Shown here in pieces: positions 9,362 through 18,910 of a DNA stretch of 38,786 nt. The notes beneath the pieces are model-generated. The model did no database searches and was not told the origin of the DNA. It was given only the letters and a program-made list of their open reading frames with translations. Numbering within the stretch: the first letter of the stretch is position 1; each line of letters starts with the position of its first letter. Origin of the DNA: Novosphingobium sp. (GTDB lineage Bacteria > Pseudomonadota > Alphaproteobacteria > Sphingomonadales > Sphingomonadaceae). The stretch is taken from assembly GCA_031375125.1 (NCBI GenBank), contig JANMHL010000110.1, positions 1-38,786 on the forward strand. Reading direction: 5' to 3'. Made by a program: the position numbers and the translations under genes.

Positions 9362-9479
9362 CTGGCCGCCCTCACAAAGAGCCGCCGCGCCAACATGCTT
9401 GCCGGTATGCTAACCACATCCGCACATGTTGAATTCATGGCCGTGCCCCAGCATCGTGGTTCAACCGGGGCAACCAGCG

Positions 9480-10127
9480 ATGTCGGACGAACCAAGTGCC
9501 ATCAACCACAGCACCGATCTTCGCAGCGACAGCCGCGTTTCACTGCTGCTGCGGGCCGGCAAGCTAATCGCCCAGCAGGGTGAGTTCCTGTGCATCGTTC
9601 GCGATGTTTCGGCCAGCGGGGTCAAGGTCAAGCTGCTACACGAGCTGCCCGCGGTGAACCGGCTCGATCTCGAACTGGCCAACGGTGAGAGCTATCCGCT
9701 CGAACTGGTCTGGAACAAGGATGGCCATGCCGGCTTCCGCTTTCTTGACCGTCCGATCATGCTGGCCAATGTGGTCGATGAACCTTCGCACTTTCCCAAG
9801 CGCGGGATCCGACTGCGGCTGGAATTGCCGGTCGGGATCAGGATCGGCGACGCTCTGCACACCGCGAAACTGTGCGATCTTTCGCAGCACGGCGCCCAGA
9901 TCGAAATCGAACCGGGGCTGGCGCTCGGCCAGCGCGTCAGCTTGTGCGCGGCGGGTTTTGCCGAGCTGGAAAGCCGGGTCCGCTGGCGGCGGCGCGGGGC
10001 CCATGGACTGGTGTTCCAGCGCGGCTTCCGGCTCGACGAACTGGCCCGGCTTTCGGCCGAGCTGCGCGCCGCCCCCGCCAAGCCAGCACCGCGCAACCAG
10101 AAAGCCGCTAAAAACGCCGCGCGTTAA
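9480..10127 (+). CDS. Tandem PilZ-domain protein
   Basis: RSDSR...DVSASG and KRGIR...DLSQHG, each followed by a W...G-x-x-F strand; start moved to ATG 9480 (9426 possible). Confidence 0.85.
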   Translation: MSDEPSAINHSTDLRSDSRVSLLLRAGKLIAQQGEFLCIVRDVSASGVKVKLLHELPAVNRLDLELANGESYPLELVWNKDGHAGFRFLDRPIMLANVVDEPSHFPKRGIRLRLELPVGIRIGDALHTAKLCDLSQHGAQIEIEPGLALGQRVSLCAAGFAELESRVRWRRRGAHGLVFQRGFRLDELARLSAELRAAPAKPAPRNQKAAKNAAR

Positions 10128-10138
10128 CCACTGGTTAG
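10124..10138 (+). promoter_or_regulatory. CtrA-like box
   Basis: TTAA-CCACTGG-TTAG versus consensus TTAA-N7-TTAA (7/8), 44 bp before ATG 10183. Confidence 0.55.
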
Positions 10139-10182
10139 GCAATTTCCTTCACTTCTGGCACAATCGATCAAGTGGGGAAAAC

Positions 10183-11790
10183 ATGGCTGTTACCGGCATA
10201 ACCGGCGCTGCGAAATCAGCGCCAAACCGTGAAAAGACCGTCGACGTGGCGATCATCGGAGCGGGGCCCGCTGGGCTAACCGCCGGTTATCTGTTGACCA
10301 AGGCCGGGCTGTCGGTCGCGATCATCGAGAAGGACCAGCACTACGTCGGCGGGATCAGCCGGACCGTGGAGCACGAAGGCTACCGCTTTGACATCGGCGG
10401 GCACCGGTTCTTTTCCAAATCGCAACAAGTGGTTGAGTTGTGGAACGAGATTCTGCCCGACGATTTCATCGAGCGTCCGCGGATGAGCCGGATCTACTAT
10501 GAGGGCAAATTCTATTCCTATCCGCTGCGCGCGTTCGAAGCGTTGTGGAACCTGGGGATCATCCGCAGCACGCTGTGCATGGTGAGCTTTGCGAAGGCGC
10601 AAGTGTTCCCCAACAAGAAAATCAAAAGCTTTGAAGACTGGACCGTCAACGCGTTCGGCTGGAAGCTCTATTCGATCTTTTTCAAGACCTACACCGAGAA
10701 GGTCTGGGGGATGCCCTGCGACGAGATGAGCGCCGATTGGGCCGCTCAGCGGATCAAGGGCCTGTCGTTGTGGGGCGCGGTTGTCGATGGCCTCAAGCGC
10801 AGCCTGGGCCTCAACAAAGTCCCCAACGATGGGATGGCAACCAAGTCGCTGCTCGAGAGTTTCCGCTATCCGCGGCTTGGCCCCGGCATGATGTGGGACG
10901 CCGCGCGCGACAAAATCATCGCCAGCGGCAACGGCGAAGTACTGATGGGTCATGCCTTGAAACAACTCGCCAGTGACGGCCAGAACGGCTGGCGGCTGAC
11001 CGCCTGCCACGTCGGCGGCGACACCACGATCCGCGCCAAACACGCGATCAGCAGCGCCCCGATGCGCGAACTGGCCGCGCGGCTGCATCCGTTGCCGCAG
11101 ACCAGCCTGGCCGCCAAGCAGCTCAAGTACCGGGATTTCCTGACCGTCGCGCTCAAGATCCGCAGCACCGATCTGTTCCCGGACAACTGGATTTACATCC
11201 ACGACAGCAAGGTCAAAGTCGGCCGGATCCAGAACTTTCGCTCATGGTCGCCTGAAATGGTGCCCGAACCGGGGGTCGCCTGCGTCGGCCTTGAATACTT
11301 CTGCTTTGAAGGCGACGGGCTGTGGTCGATGACGGACGCCGAACTGATCGACCTTGCGACCCGCGAACTCGCGCAGCTCGGGCTGGTCTCGGCCGAACAG
11401 GTGTTCGGCGGCGCGGTCGTGCGGCAGGAAAAAGCCTATCCGGTCTATGACGAGGACTATGCCAAGCACGTTGCCGCGATGCGCGAGGAACTGGAAGCGG
11501 CGCATCCCAGCCTGCATCTGGTCGGGCGCAATGGGATGCACCGCTATAACAATCAGGATCACGCGATGATGACTGCGATGCTGACGGTCGAAAATATCAT
11601 CGCCGGAGCGCGCGTTTACGACGTCTGGTGCGTCAACGAGGATGCCGAATATCACGAAGCCGGAGCCGAAGGCGCCAAACCCGATCTGGCAGCGCCCCGG
11701 ACGCCGAGCGACGATCAGATCGCCGCGTTGACATCGTTGCGGGGCGTGCCCGAGCGGATCCCCGCCGAATCCAAACGTGACGCGGCCTAA
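10183..11790 (+). CDS. FAD-dependent oxidoreductase, UDP-galactopyranose mutase/protoporphyrinogen oxidase-like fold
   Basis: IIGAGPAG, GGISRT, FDIGGHRF, YTEKVWG, FRYP, AYPVY, GRNGMHRYNNQDH; start at ATG 10183 behind GGGGA. Confidence 0.85.
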   Translation: MAVTGITGAAKSAPNREKTVDVAIIGAGPAGLTAGYLLTKAGLSVAIIEKDQHYVGGISRTVEHEGYRFDIGGHRFFSKSQQVVELWNEILPDDFIERPRMSRIYYEGKFYSYPLRAFEALWNLGIIRSTLCMVSFAKAQVFPNKKIKSFEDWTVNAFGWKLYSIFFKTYTEKVWGMPCDEMSADWAAQRIKGLSLWGAVVDGLKRSLGLNKVPNDGMATKSLLESFRYPRLGPGMMWDAARDKIIASGNGEVLMGHALKQLASDGQNGWRLTACHVGGDTTIRAKHAISSAPMRELAARLHPLPQTSLAAKQLKYRDFLTVALKIRSTDLFPDNWIYIHDSKVKVGRIQNFRSWSPEMVPEPGVACVGLEYFCFEGDGLWSMTDAELIDLATRELAQLGLVSAEQVFGGAVVRQEKAYPVYDEDYAKHVAAMREELEAAHPSLHLVGRNGMHRYNNQDHAMMTAMLTVENIIAGARVYDVWCVNEDAEYHEAGAEGAKPDLAAPRTPSDDQIAALTSLRGVPERIPAESKRDAA

Positions 11791-11794
11791 CACG

Positions 11795-12202
11795 ATGCTG
11801 CGCCGCGCCATCAACTTGCTCTTTCTGCGCTACCTTGCCGCAAGTGCGCTGGCGCTGGGGGTGGATATGGGCGCGTTTCTGGCGCTGCTGACCTTGGGAC
11901 TGCCGGCCGCAGCGGCCGCGGCGGTGGGTTATGGCCTGGGCATCGCGGCGCACTGGCTGGCTTCCAGCCGCGCCGTATTCACCGCCGGGGTGGCTGAACA
12001 CGGCCCCGAACGTAGCCGCCAGAAGGCGCTGTTCGTAGGCTCTGCGCTAGCCGGGCTGGCCCTGACCACCGCGATTGTCGGCATCGGCACCGGGTTTGGG
12101 CTCGATCCGCGACTGGCCAAACTGGCCGCAATCGGCGCAAGTTTCACGCTGACCTGGCTGCTGCGCGAACGCGTGGTGTTCCGCGCCGCTGCGACGCGAT
12201 GA
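11795..12202 (+). CDS. GtrA-family membrane protein (lipid-linked sugar flippase-like)
   Basis: About 135 aa, four hydrophobic helices, RY...VD, SRAVF, AK, RVVF pattern; alternative GTG start at 11777. Confidence 0.85.
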   Translation: MLRRAINLLFLRYLAASALALGVDMGAFLALLTLGLPAAAAAAVGYGLGIAAHWLASSRAVFTAGVAEHGPERSRQKALFVGSALAGLALTTAIVGIGTGFGLDPRLAKLAAIGASFTLTWLLRERVVFRAAATR

Positions 12203-13968
12203 TCTTTATCGAGCGCCGCCGCGCCGGATTTACCGCCGAGCTGCTTTGGCCCGTCGGTTTGATCTGGCTGGCAGTTGCGCTGCTGTTTCTAATCGCCAAG
12301 TGGCCCGCCATCACCGCACTGCAACTGCACGATGCGGATGACACGCTGCGGCTAATTCAATTGCGCGATCTGGTTGCCGGGCAAGGCTGGTTCGACCTGA
12401 CGCAATACCGCGTAAACCCGCCAGACGGATTGGCTATGCACTGGTCGCGGCTGGTCGATGTCCCGTTGTGGCTGGTCTATAGCGCGCTTGCCCCGCTACT
12501 GGGTGCGCCACTGGCCGAGACGCTGACTGCCGTACTGGTCCCGCTGCTGACGCTGTTTTGCGCGATGTTGCTGGCTGGACGACTGGCCTGGCGAATGCTG
12601 GGTGGCGCGGCCGCCGCCGATACCTCTCTGGTCCTGGCCTTGATGACTGCCGTGATTGAGCAGATGCAGCCGCTCAGGATCGACCATCATGGCTGGCAAA
12701 TTGTCGCGGTCCTGGCCGCGCTGAACGGTTTGGCCGCGCGCCGCGAGAAGACCGGCGGACGACTGGCCGGGATCGCGATGGCACTGGGGCTGACGATCAG
12801 TCTGGAACTGCTGCCAATCGCCGGGTTGATCGGGGCGGTGCTGGCGCTGCGCTGGTTGCTGGACCGCAAGGACAAGGCCCTGTGCCTCCATTACATCCGC
12901 ACGCTGGCAGTCACCGCGCTGCTGGCTTTTGGAGCGACGCACGGAATCGCCGATCTGACACCGCACTGCGATACGCTATCCCCGGCCTACCTTGCCGCGC
13001 TGCTTGCTACGGCCAGCGGACTAAGCCTGCTGGGGCTGGCTCCGCCGATGCCGCGCGCCGCTTTGGCCTTGGCGATGGCCGCGACGGTTGCCGGGGCCGT
13101 GGCCACGCTGCTGCTGCTTGCGCCGCAATGCTCACGCGGGCCATTCGTAGCGCTCGACCCACTGGTCCAGCAGTTCTGGTATGCCAATGTGCGCGAGGGC
13201 ATGCCGGTCTGGCGGCAGGATCTTTCGGTTGCTCTGCGGTTGGTCGTACCGCCGCTGTTTGGGCTCTATGCCGCGGTCCGGCTGTACCAGGTCAGTAACG
13301 GCTGGCTCCGCCGGTTCTGGTTCGAGTACGCGTTGATTCTGGCCGGCGCATTGCTGCTTGGACTGGTCGTCAGTCGCTCGACCGGCTTCGCCGCCGCGCT
13401 GGGTGCGGTTCCGCTCAGCTGGTTGCTGCGCGGGTGGATCCGCTCTGGCAAAGCGCTGCGTCCCGGGCCCAAACGGATCGGATTGTTTGCGGCCGCGGCG
13501 TTGGTCGTCTTGCCTCACCTGCCACTACAAGCCGCGCGCGCGCTCAGTCCACAAGACCCGGTGCCAGTCCGGACCGCACAATATATTTGTGACATTCAAA
13601 GCGCCGCAATGACTCTCAGCACCTTGGCCCCGGCGACGATCTTTGCGCCAATTGATGCTGGGCCGATGCTGCTGCTGCACACCCCGCACAAGGTTGTAGC
13701 CACCGCGCATCATCGCGCGCCGCAAGCCTTGCACGATGTTATTGCTGCTTTCACCGCTGATCCGGCCAAGGCCGAAGCGATCATCCGCGGGCGCGGGGCG
13801 CGCTATGTCGCGATTTGCCCCGGCCTGGCCGAAGCGCAAATCTACCGTGATGCCGCCCCGCATGGGTTAATGGCTCAGCTCAGCAAAGGACAGGCCCCCG
13901 CATGGCTGAAACCAGTGCCCATGCCGGCAGCCAGCGGCCTGCTGGTCTGGGAAGTGGTACAGCCCTAA
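12199..13968 (+). CDS. Polytopic GT-C glycosyltransferase, STT3/AglB-like
   Basis: Many TM helices; DADDTLR...WFD...PPDG..MHW loop after TM1; RIDHHG; soluble C-terminal domain with APIDAG where STT3 has WWDxG. Confidence 0.65.
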   Translation: MIFIERRRAGFTAELLWPVGLIWLAVALLFLIAKWPAITALQLHDADDTLRLIQLRDLVAGQGWFDLTQYRVNPPDGLAMHWSRLVDVPLWLVYSALAPLLGAPLAETLTAVLVPLLTLFCAMLLAGRLAWRMLGGAAAADTSLVLALMTAVIEQMQPLRIDHHGWQIVAVLAALNGLAARREKTGGRLAGIAMALGLTISLELLPIAGLIGAVLALRWLLDRKDKALCLHYIRTLAVTALLAFGATHGIADLTPHCDTLSPAYLAALLATASGLSLLGLAPPMPRAALALAMAATVAGAVATLLLLAPQCSRGPFVALDPLVQQFWYANVREGMPVWRQDLSVALRLVVPPLFGLYAAVRLYQVSNGWLRRFWFEYALILAGALLLGLVVSRSTGFAAALGAVPLSWLLRGWIRSGKALRPGPKRIGLFAAAALVVLPHLPLQAARALSPQDPVPVRTAQYICDIQSAAMTLSTLAPATIFAPIDAGPMLLLHTPHKVVATAHHRAPQALHDVIAAFTADPAKAEAIIRGRGARYVAICPGLAEAQIYRDAAPHGLMAQLSKGQAPAWLKPVPMPAASGLLVWEVVQP

Positions 13969-15299
13969 AACTTCTCCAGGGTCACTTCCATCTTGCGGAA
14001 GCCATGGACGAAGTTGGCGCGGACCCGTTCGACCTTGCCGGTGACATTCACCCGCATCCGCCGCTTGTGCATTTCTTCCATCAGGATCTTGAGCTGCAGT
14101 TCGGCCAGCCGCGCACCGACGCAGCGGTGGATGCCATAGCCAAACGACAAGTTCCGCCGCGCGTTGTCACGGTTCAGGATTACCCGGTCGGGATCGGTGA
14201 ACACCTCTTCATCGCGGTTTGCCGAAATGTACCACAGGATCAGCTTGTCGCCCTTTTTGACCTGATGACCGAACAATTCGGCGTCAGCGGTGGCGGTCCG
14301 CCGCATGTGCGCCAGTGGGGTCTGGAACCGGATGATTTCCTGAACTGCGTTGGGGATCACCGAAGGATCAGCCTCAAACAGCGCGCGCTGGTCGGGGAAG
14401 CTGTCGAGCCCATGGATGATCCCCGACATGGTGTTGCGAGTGGTATCGTTGCCGCCGACGATCAGCAGGATCAGGTTGCCCATGAATTCCTGCGGGCTCA
14501 TGTGGTTCATCGCATCGGAATGGATCATCATCGAGATCAGATCGCGAGTGGGCTCTTTACCCATCCGGTCAATCCACAGCGTCTTGAAATAGTGGGCCAT
14601 CTCCTGAAAGATTTCCCAGCGGGTTTCATTCAGTTCGCGCGCAAAACCCAATTCGGCGTCACCGGCCCAGTCCGACCAGTAGGTCAGCAGGCGCCGATCT
14701 TCCCAGGGAAAGCCGAACAGCAGCGCCAGCATGCCCGTGGTCAGTTCGACCGAGACATTGTCGACCCAATCGAACTGCTCGCCATAGGGCAGCGAATCCA
14801 GCGTGGCGGCCGTACGCATCCGCACTTCCACAGCCAGCCGGTCGATCTCGGCCGGAGTAAAGGCTGGGGCGACGGTCCTGCGCTGGCCAGTGTGTTCGGG
14901 CCGGTCCATCGCGATGAACATCGGCAAGCGGCGCTCGGCCAGTTGTTCCGGCGTCACATCGGCCGGTGGTTCGGTGATGGTGATCCCGCCGTTCTCCCAT
15001 GATGAGGAGAACAGTTCAGGCAGCGCCTCGACATGCTGGATCGCCTTGGAAGTGGTGATGTTCCAATATGGCCCATAAGGCGATTCGGGCACGAAGTTTA
15101 CCGGCTCATTCGCGCGCATTTCGGCGAAAATCGGCTGCCAGCGGTCCTCGACGTAGATATCGCTGCGCGAAACGTCGCGTGGATGGGTGGACTTAGGCAG
15201 TTCCTGCCCGTGATCTTTCAGCCAAGCTTCAAACGCCTCAGTCGCGGTCGGCGACGTGCGGTAGGTAAAGGGTTCGGGGCTGGTTGCCTGAGTGGCCAT
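13965..15299 (-). CDS. Cytochrome P450 (CYP153-like)
   Basis: MFIAMD, I-helix LIVGGNDTT, EIIR (ExxR), heme motif FGYGIHRCVG; start at ATG 15299 behind GGAGAG. Confidence 0.93.
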   Translation of the reverse strand: MATQATSPEPFTYRTSPTATEAFEAWLKDHGQELPKSTHPRDVSRSDIYVEDRWQPIFAEMRANEPVNFVPESPYGPYWNITTSKAIQHVEALPELFSSSWENGGITITEPPADVTPEQLAERRLPMFIAMDRPEHTGQRRTVAPAFTPAEIDRLAVEVRMRTAATLDSLPYGEQFDWVDNVSVELTTGMLALLFGFPWEDRRLLTYWSDWAGDAELGFARELNETRWEIFQEMAHYFKTLWIDRMGKEPTRDLISMMIHSDAMNHMSPQEFMGNLILLIVGGNDTTRNTMSGIIHGLDSFPDQRALFEADPSVIPNAVQEIIRFQTPLAHMRRTATADAELFGHQVKKGDKLILWYISANRDEEVFTDPDRVILNRDNARRNLSFGYGIHRCVGARLAELQLKILMEEMHKRRMRVNVTGKVERVRANFVHGFRKMEVTLEKF

Positions 15300-15411
15300 C
15301 GCGTGTCTCTCCACCGCCCGCACCCTTTGCGGATACGTTGCGTCGAGAGACTTATCCGGCTTAACTTACCCAAATGTCAATAGTGAGGCGGTGAACTGCC
15401 GATCGGCAGCG

Positions 15412-16650
15412 TCAGGCCGCGCGAAACCGGCGCAGCAGCCCGCGCTTTTTGCCGGTTCCGGCGGGGCCGCTTTGCATCACCCGCTTCTTGAACAACGCCG
15501 CCCCGGCCCGGACCAACAGCGCCACCCACAGCAGTTGCCACCAGACGGCGACTGCATGCGGCCACAGCTCGGCATGCTGCGCGCCATAGGCCAGCATCGC
15601 AAAGGGTGAGGAAAACGGCACTGCCATCGCCAGCTTTTCAACCCACGTACCCGGCATGGCCACGGCAAAGTTGGCGAACAGGAAGTTGAGCAGTTGCAAC
15701 ACTGTGACCGGCATCGACAGCGTCTGCACTTCGCGCACAGTGGTAGCGAGCGAGCCGATCGCGAGGAAGATCGAACCAAGCAACAGGTATCCCATCGCGA
15801 AATAGATCACCCCAAGGCCAAGGAACATCGGCCAGCCAACCGCCGGCGCCGGATAGTTGGCGACACCGTTACCCAGCCCGAACCACAGCGCGCCGCCCGC
15901 CAGACCCCAGACCGCAATCCCGACCATCGAGACCGCCAGCATCGCGAACAGCTTGCCCATGAACACCGCGTCCATCGGGACCGCAGCGGCCAGCACTTCG
16001 ATGATCTTGTTGCCCTTTTCCTCAACCAGATTGGACAGCACCATCCCGGCCAGGATCGTCATCAACATGAACAGCACCATCTGCCCGGCCTGGGCAGTTG
16101 CCCGTTGGCCAGAGGTCTGATCGGCCTTCGAGGTGGCAATCCCCGCCAGCGCCACCGGCGGAAACACATCCGGTCCGCGCCCCAGCGCCTGCGCCGCGAG
16201 CAAGCCGACCCGGCCCTGCCAATCGGCAATCCGCCCTTCCGGCCCGGTCAGCACCGGGCGCTCCAGCGTGCCGGAAACAATCGCCGCCAGATTGGCGCGG
16301 TTGCCTTTCATTTCGGCGACCGGATCAAACGCCTCGCCCGGTTTGACTTCGCGGATCACCACCAAGGTCGGCATGGCCGCGCCAATCTGCGGAGCCAGCA
16401 CCCGCTGCGCCTGAACCATCGCGGCGGCATCGGCCGGGGCCATCGCCACACCCAATTCGGGGCGGCTGGCGTTTTGGCGGACCTGCTGCCCGATCCCGCC
16501 AGCCAGACTGGTCAGCCCGATGATAAACAGCGGGCCAAGCAAGAAGAAGATGAAGCTGCGCGAAAATAGGATCGCGGTGAAATCGCGCCGGGCGATCACA
16601 TAGGCAGCCGCCAGACGCGACAGGCGGCCAGGGGGGAGTGCAGTGCTCAT
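15412..16650 (-). CDS. ABC-2 type exporter permease (NatB-like)
   Basis: IARRDF, EEKGNKIIEVL, FMGK, PFSSPF; TM-periplasmic-multi-TM topology. Confidence 0.9.
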   Translation of the reverse strand: MSTALPPGRLSRLAAAYVIARRDFTAILFSRSFIFFLLGPLFIIGLTSLAGGIGQQVRQNASRPELGVAMAPADAAAMVQAQRVLAPQIGAAMPTLVVIREVKPGEAFDPVAEMKGNRANLAAIVSGTLERPVLTGPEGRIADWQGRVGLLAAQALGRGPDVFPPVALAGIATSKADQTSGQRATAQAGQMVLFMLMTILAGMVLSNLVEEKGNKIIEVLAAAVPMDAVFMGKLFAMLAVSMVGIAVWGLAGGALWFGLGNGVANYPAPAVGWPMFLGLGVIYFAMGYLLLGSIFLAIGSLATTVREVQTLSMPVTVLQLLNFLFANFAVAMPGTWVEKLAMAVPFSSPFAMLAYGAQHAELWPHAVAVWWQLLWVALLVRAGAALFKKRVMQSGPAGTGKKRGLLRRFRAA

Positions 16651-17612
16651 CGGCCGGTCTCCTCAGGCTCAGCTTCCAGCGCGCGAGCCGCCGCTTCTCC
16701 GGCAATCGCCACGAACGCATCGTGCAGCCCGGCGCGTTCGATCGACAGCGAGAGGATTCCGGCCTCGCCTTCGATCAGCGCGCGCAGCAGCGGCTCGATC
16801 CCGGTTTCCGGCAGCGAGAAATACCAGTGACGTCCTTCGTGGCGGGCATCGGCGGGCAACACAGCGCGCCAGGCCCCATCCTGCTTGCGGGTCTCGAGCC
16901 GGACCTGCGGGGGGATCCGATCACGCGCGACATCGACCGGGCCTGCGAATGGCACTTTGCCCCCAGCAATAATCGCCACTTCATCGCACAGCCGTTCGGC
17001 ATGGGCGATCACGTGGGTTGAAAAGATTACCGTGGTGCCCTTTTCCGCCAGACCGCGAATCATCCGCTCCAGCTTGCCCTGATTGAGCGCGTCGAGCCCC
17101 GAAAACGGCTCGTCAAACACCACTAGCCGGGGTTCGTGGACCAGCGTGCCGAGCAGCTGGACTTGTTGCGCCATCCCCTTTGACAGCTGCCGAATTTGCC
17201 GGTCGATGGCGTAACCCAGCCCGTTTTCCTCAAGCAGCTGCTTGCCCCGCCGCCGCCCTTCGGCCAGCGGCAAACCGCGCAGTGCGCCCAGAAAGGCAAT
17301 CGCTTCATAGGCTTTCATTGAGGGGTAGAGCCCGCGTTCTTCGGGCAGGTAGCCGATGGTATGGGCAATTTCGTGCGGGCGATCGTGGCCCAGCACCCGG
17401 CGCACGCCTTCGTCAGGATCGATGATCCCCAGCAGCATCCGCAGCGTGGTGGTCTTGCCCGCGCCATTGGGGCCAAGGATGCCGTAAATCGAACCTTCAG
17501 GCACCGAAATATCAACGCCATCGACAGCCGTGAAGCCCTCGAACCGTTTGACCAAACCACGCGCCTCGATTGCCAGCGGGCGATCCGCCATGGCGCCCGC
17601 GTTGCTCGTCAT
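16647..17612 (-). CDS. ABC transporter ATP-binding protein (NatA-like)
   Basis: Walker A GPNGAGKT, LSKGM signature, DEPFSGLD, STH; start at ATG 17612 behind GAGG. Confidence 0.93.
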   Translation of the reverse strand: MTSNAGAMADRPLAIEARGLVKRFEGFTAVDGVDISVPEGSIYGILGPNGAGKTTTLRMLLGIIDPDEGVRRVLGHDRPHEIAHTIGYLPEERGLYPSMKAYEAIAFLGALRGLPLAEGRRRGKQLLEENGLGYAIDRQIRQLSKGMAQQVQLLGTLVHEPRLVVFDEPFSGLDALNQGKLERMIRGLAEKGTTVIFSTHVIAHAERLCDEVAIIAGGKVPFAGPVDVARDRIPPQVRLETRKQDGAWRAVLPADARHEGRHWYFSLPETGIEPLLRALIEGEAGILSLSIERAGLHDAFVAIAGEAAARALEAEPEETGR

Positions 17613-17680
17613 TGGTTGGTCCTCTATCTTCATGGCTCCAGCCCACTATGGAGTGCTTCTGAACAGGAGCAACAGCAAGT

Positions 17681-18751
17681 TTGGTTAACGCCGCCGCCAT
17701 CACAAATCTCAAGCAAGACCTGATCGCCGAAGCCCGGCAGTTGGGCTTTGCCGCCTGCGCGGTCGCCCCGGCGGCTGAAGACCCGCTGGCCGCTACCCGG
17801 CTGGAGCAGTGGCTGGGCGAAGGCGCACATGGCGAAATGGGCTGGATGGCCGACCGGCTCCACCACCGCCGCAGCCCGCAGGGGCTGTGGGACGAGGCCC
17901 GCAGCGTGATCGCGCTGGGGATGAGCTATGCGCCCGGAACCGATCCACTGGCTTTGGCCGGTTCGCCCGACCGGGCCCGGATATCGGTCTATGCGCAGGG
18001 CGGCGACTATCACGACACGGTCAAGAAGGCCGAAAAAGCGCTGGCCCGCTGGCTGGTGGCAGAGGCCGCCAAACGCGGGCTCGGCACAATTGGCGTGAAG
18101 GTGTTCGTCGATACAGCGCCGGTAATGGAAAAGCCGTTGGGCCAAGCCGCCGGGCTGGGCTGGCAGGGCAAGCACACCAATCTGGTCAGCCGGGATCACG
18201 GCTCTTGGCTGTTCCTTGGCGCGATTTATACTACGCTGGCGCTGGAGCCCGATCAGCCGGAGCAGGACCGCTGCGGATCGTGCAACGCCTGCCAAAGCGC
18301 CTGCCCGACTGATGCCTTTCCGGCGCCTTACCAGCTCGATGCACGGCGCTGCATTTCGTACCTCACGATCGAACTGAAGGGCCCGGTGCCACTCGAATTC
18401 CGCAAGGCGCTCGGCAACCGGATTTACGGCTGCGACGATTGTCTGGCGGTTTGCCCGTGGAACAAATTCGCTCAAAGCGCCGCCGCGATGAAGCAGTTCC
18501 TGCCCCGCGCCGAACTGACCGCGCCGCGCTTGGCGGACCTGCTGGCGCTCGACGATGCAGGGTTTCGCAAACTGTTTTCGGGATCGCCAATCAAGCGGAT
18601 CGGGCGCAACCGATTTGTCCGCAACTGCCTCTATGCCGCCGGGAACAGCGGCGATGCGGGTTTGGTCCCGGCTGTGCGGGCGCTGCTGGGCGATCCGGAT
18701 GAGGTGGTTGCAGAAGCGGCGCGGTGGGCGCTAGGTGCGCTAATGGAATAA
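17681..18751 (+). CDS. queG: tRNA epoxyqueuosine(34) reductase
   Basis: [46 protein letters not shown]; C-terminal HEAT-like tail. Confidence 0.96.
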   Translation: MVNAAAITNLKQDLIAEARQLGFAACAVAPAAEDPLAATRLEQWLGEGAHGEMGWMADRLHHRRSPQGLWDEARSVIALGMSYAPGTDPLALAGSPDRARISVYAQGGDYHDTVKKAEKALARWLVAEAAKRGLGTIGVKVFVDTAPVMEKPLGQAAGLGWQGKHTNLVSRDHGSWLFLGAIYTTLALEPDQPEQDRCGSCNACQSACPTDAFPAPYQLDARRCISYLTIELKGPVPLEFRKALGNRIYGCDDCLAVCPWNKFAQSAAAMKQFLPRAELTAPRLADLLALDDAGFRKLFSGSPIKRIGRNRFVRNCLYAAGNSGDAGLVPAVRALLGDPDEVVAEAARWALGALME

Positions 18752-18755
18752 GGGG

Positions 18756-18905
18756 TTCGCGCAGAGGTCGCAGCGAACGCAGAGAGAAGTTATTCGGCTT
18801 TAGGCCGTTTGATTTAATCCATCCTACCGGTTGCCAAGGTACTTGTGCGATCAGTGGCGTCGCCATTTACCCCACACTCTGCGTCCTCTGCGATCTCTGC
18901 GCGAA
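18756..18905. repeat. MITE-like element with 29-bp terminal inverted repeats
   Basis: 18756-18784 TTCGCGCAGAGGTCGCAGCGAACGCAGAG versus reverse complement of 18877-18905 TTCGCGCAGAGATCGCAGAGGACGCAGAG (26/29 identical). Confidence 0.75.
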
Positions 18906-18910
18906 TCCAC

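Noticed and set aside
9340-9430. Integrated element at tRNA-Leu
   Set aside because: No integrase and no convincing duplication of the tRNA 3' end seen; CCACATCCGCAC near 9414 is too short and mismatched
9685-10182. 166-codon N-terminal extension of the 701-aa ORF
   Set aside because: Overlaps the PilZ gene in another frame; the Rossmann motif and RBS point to ATG 10183
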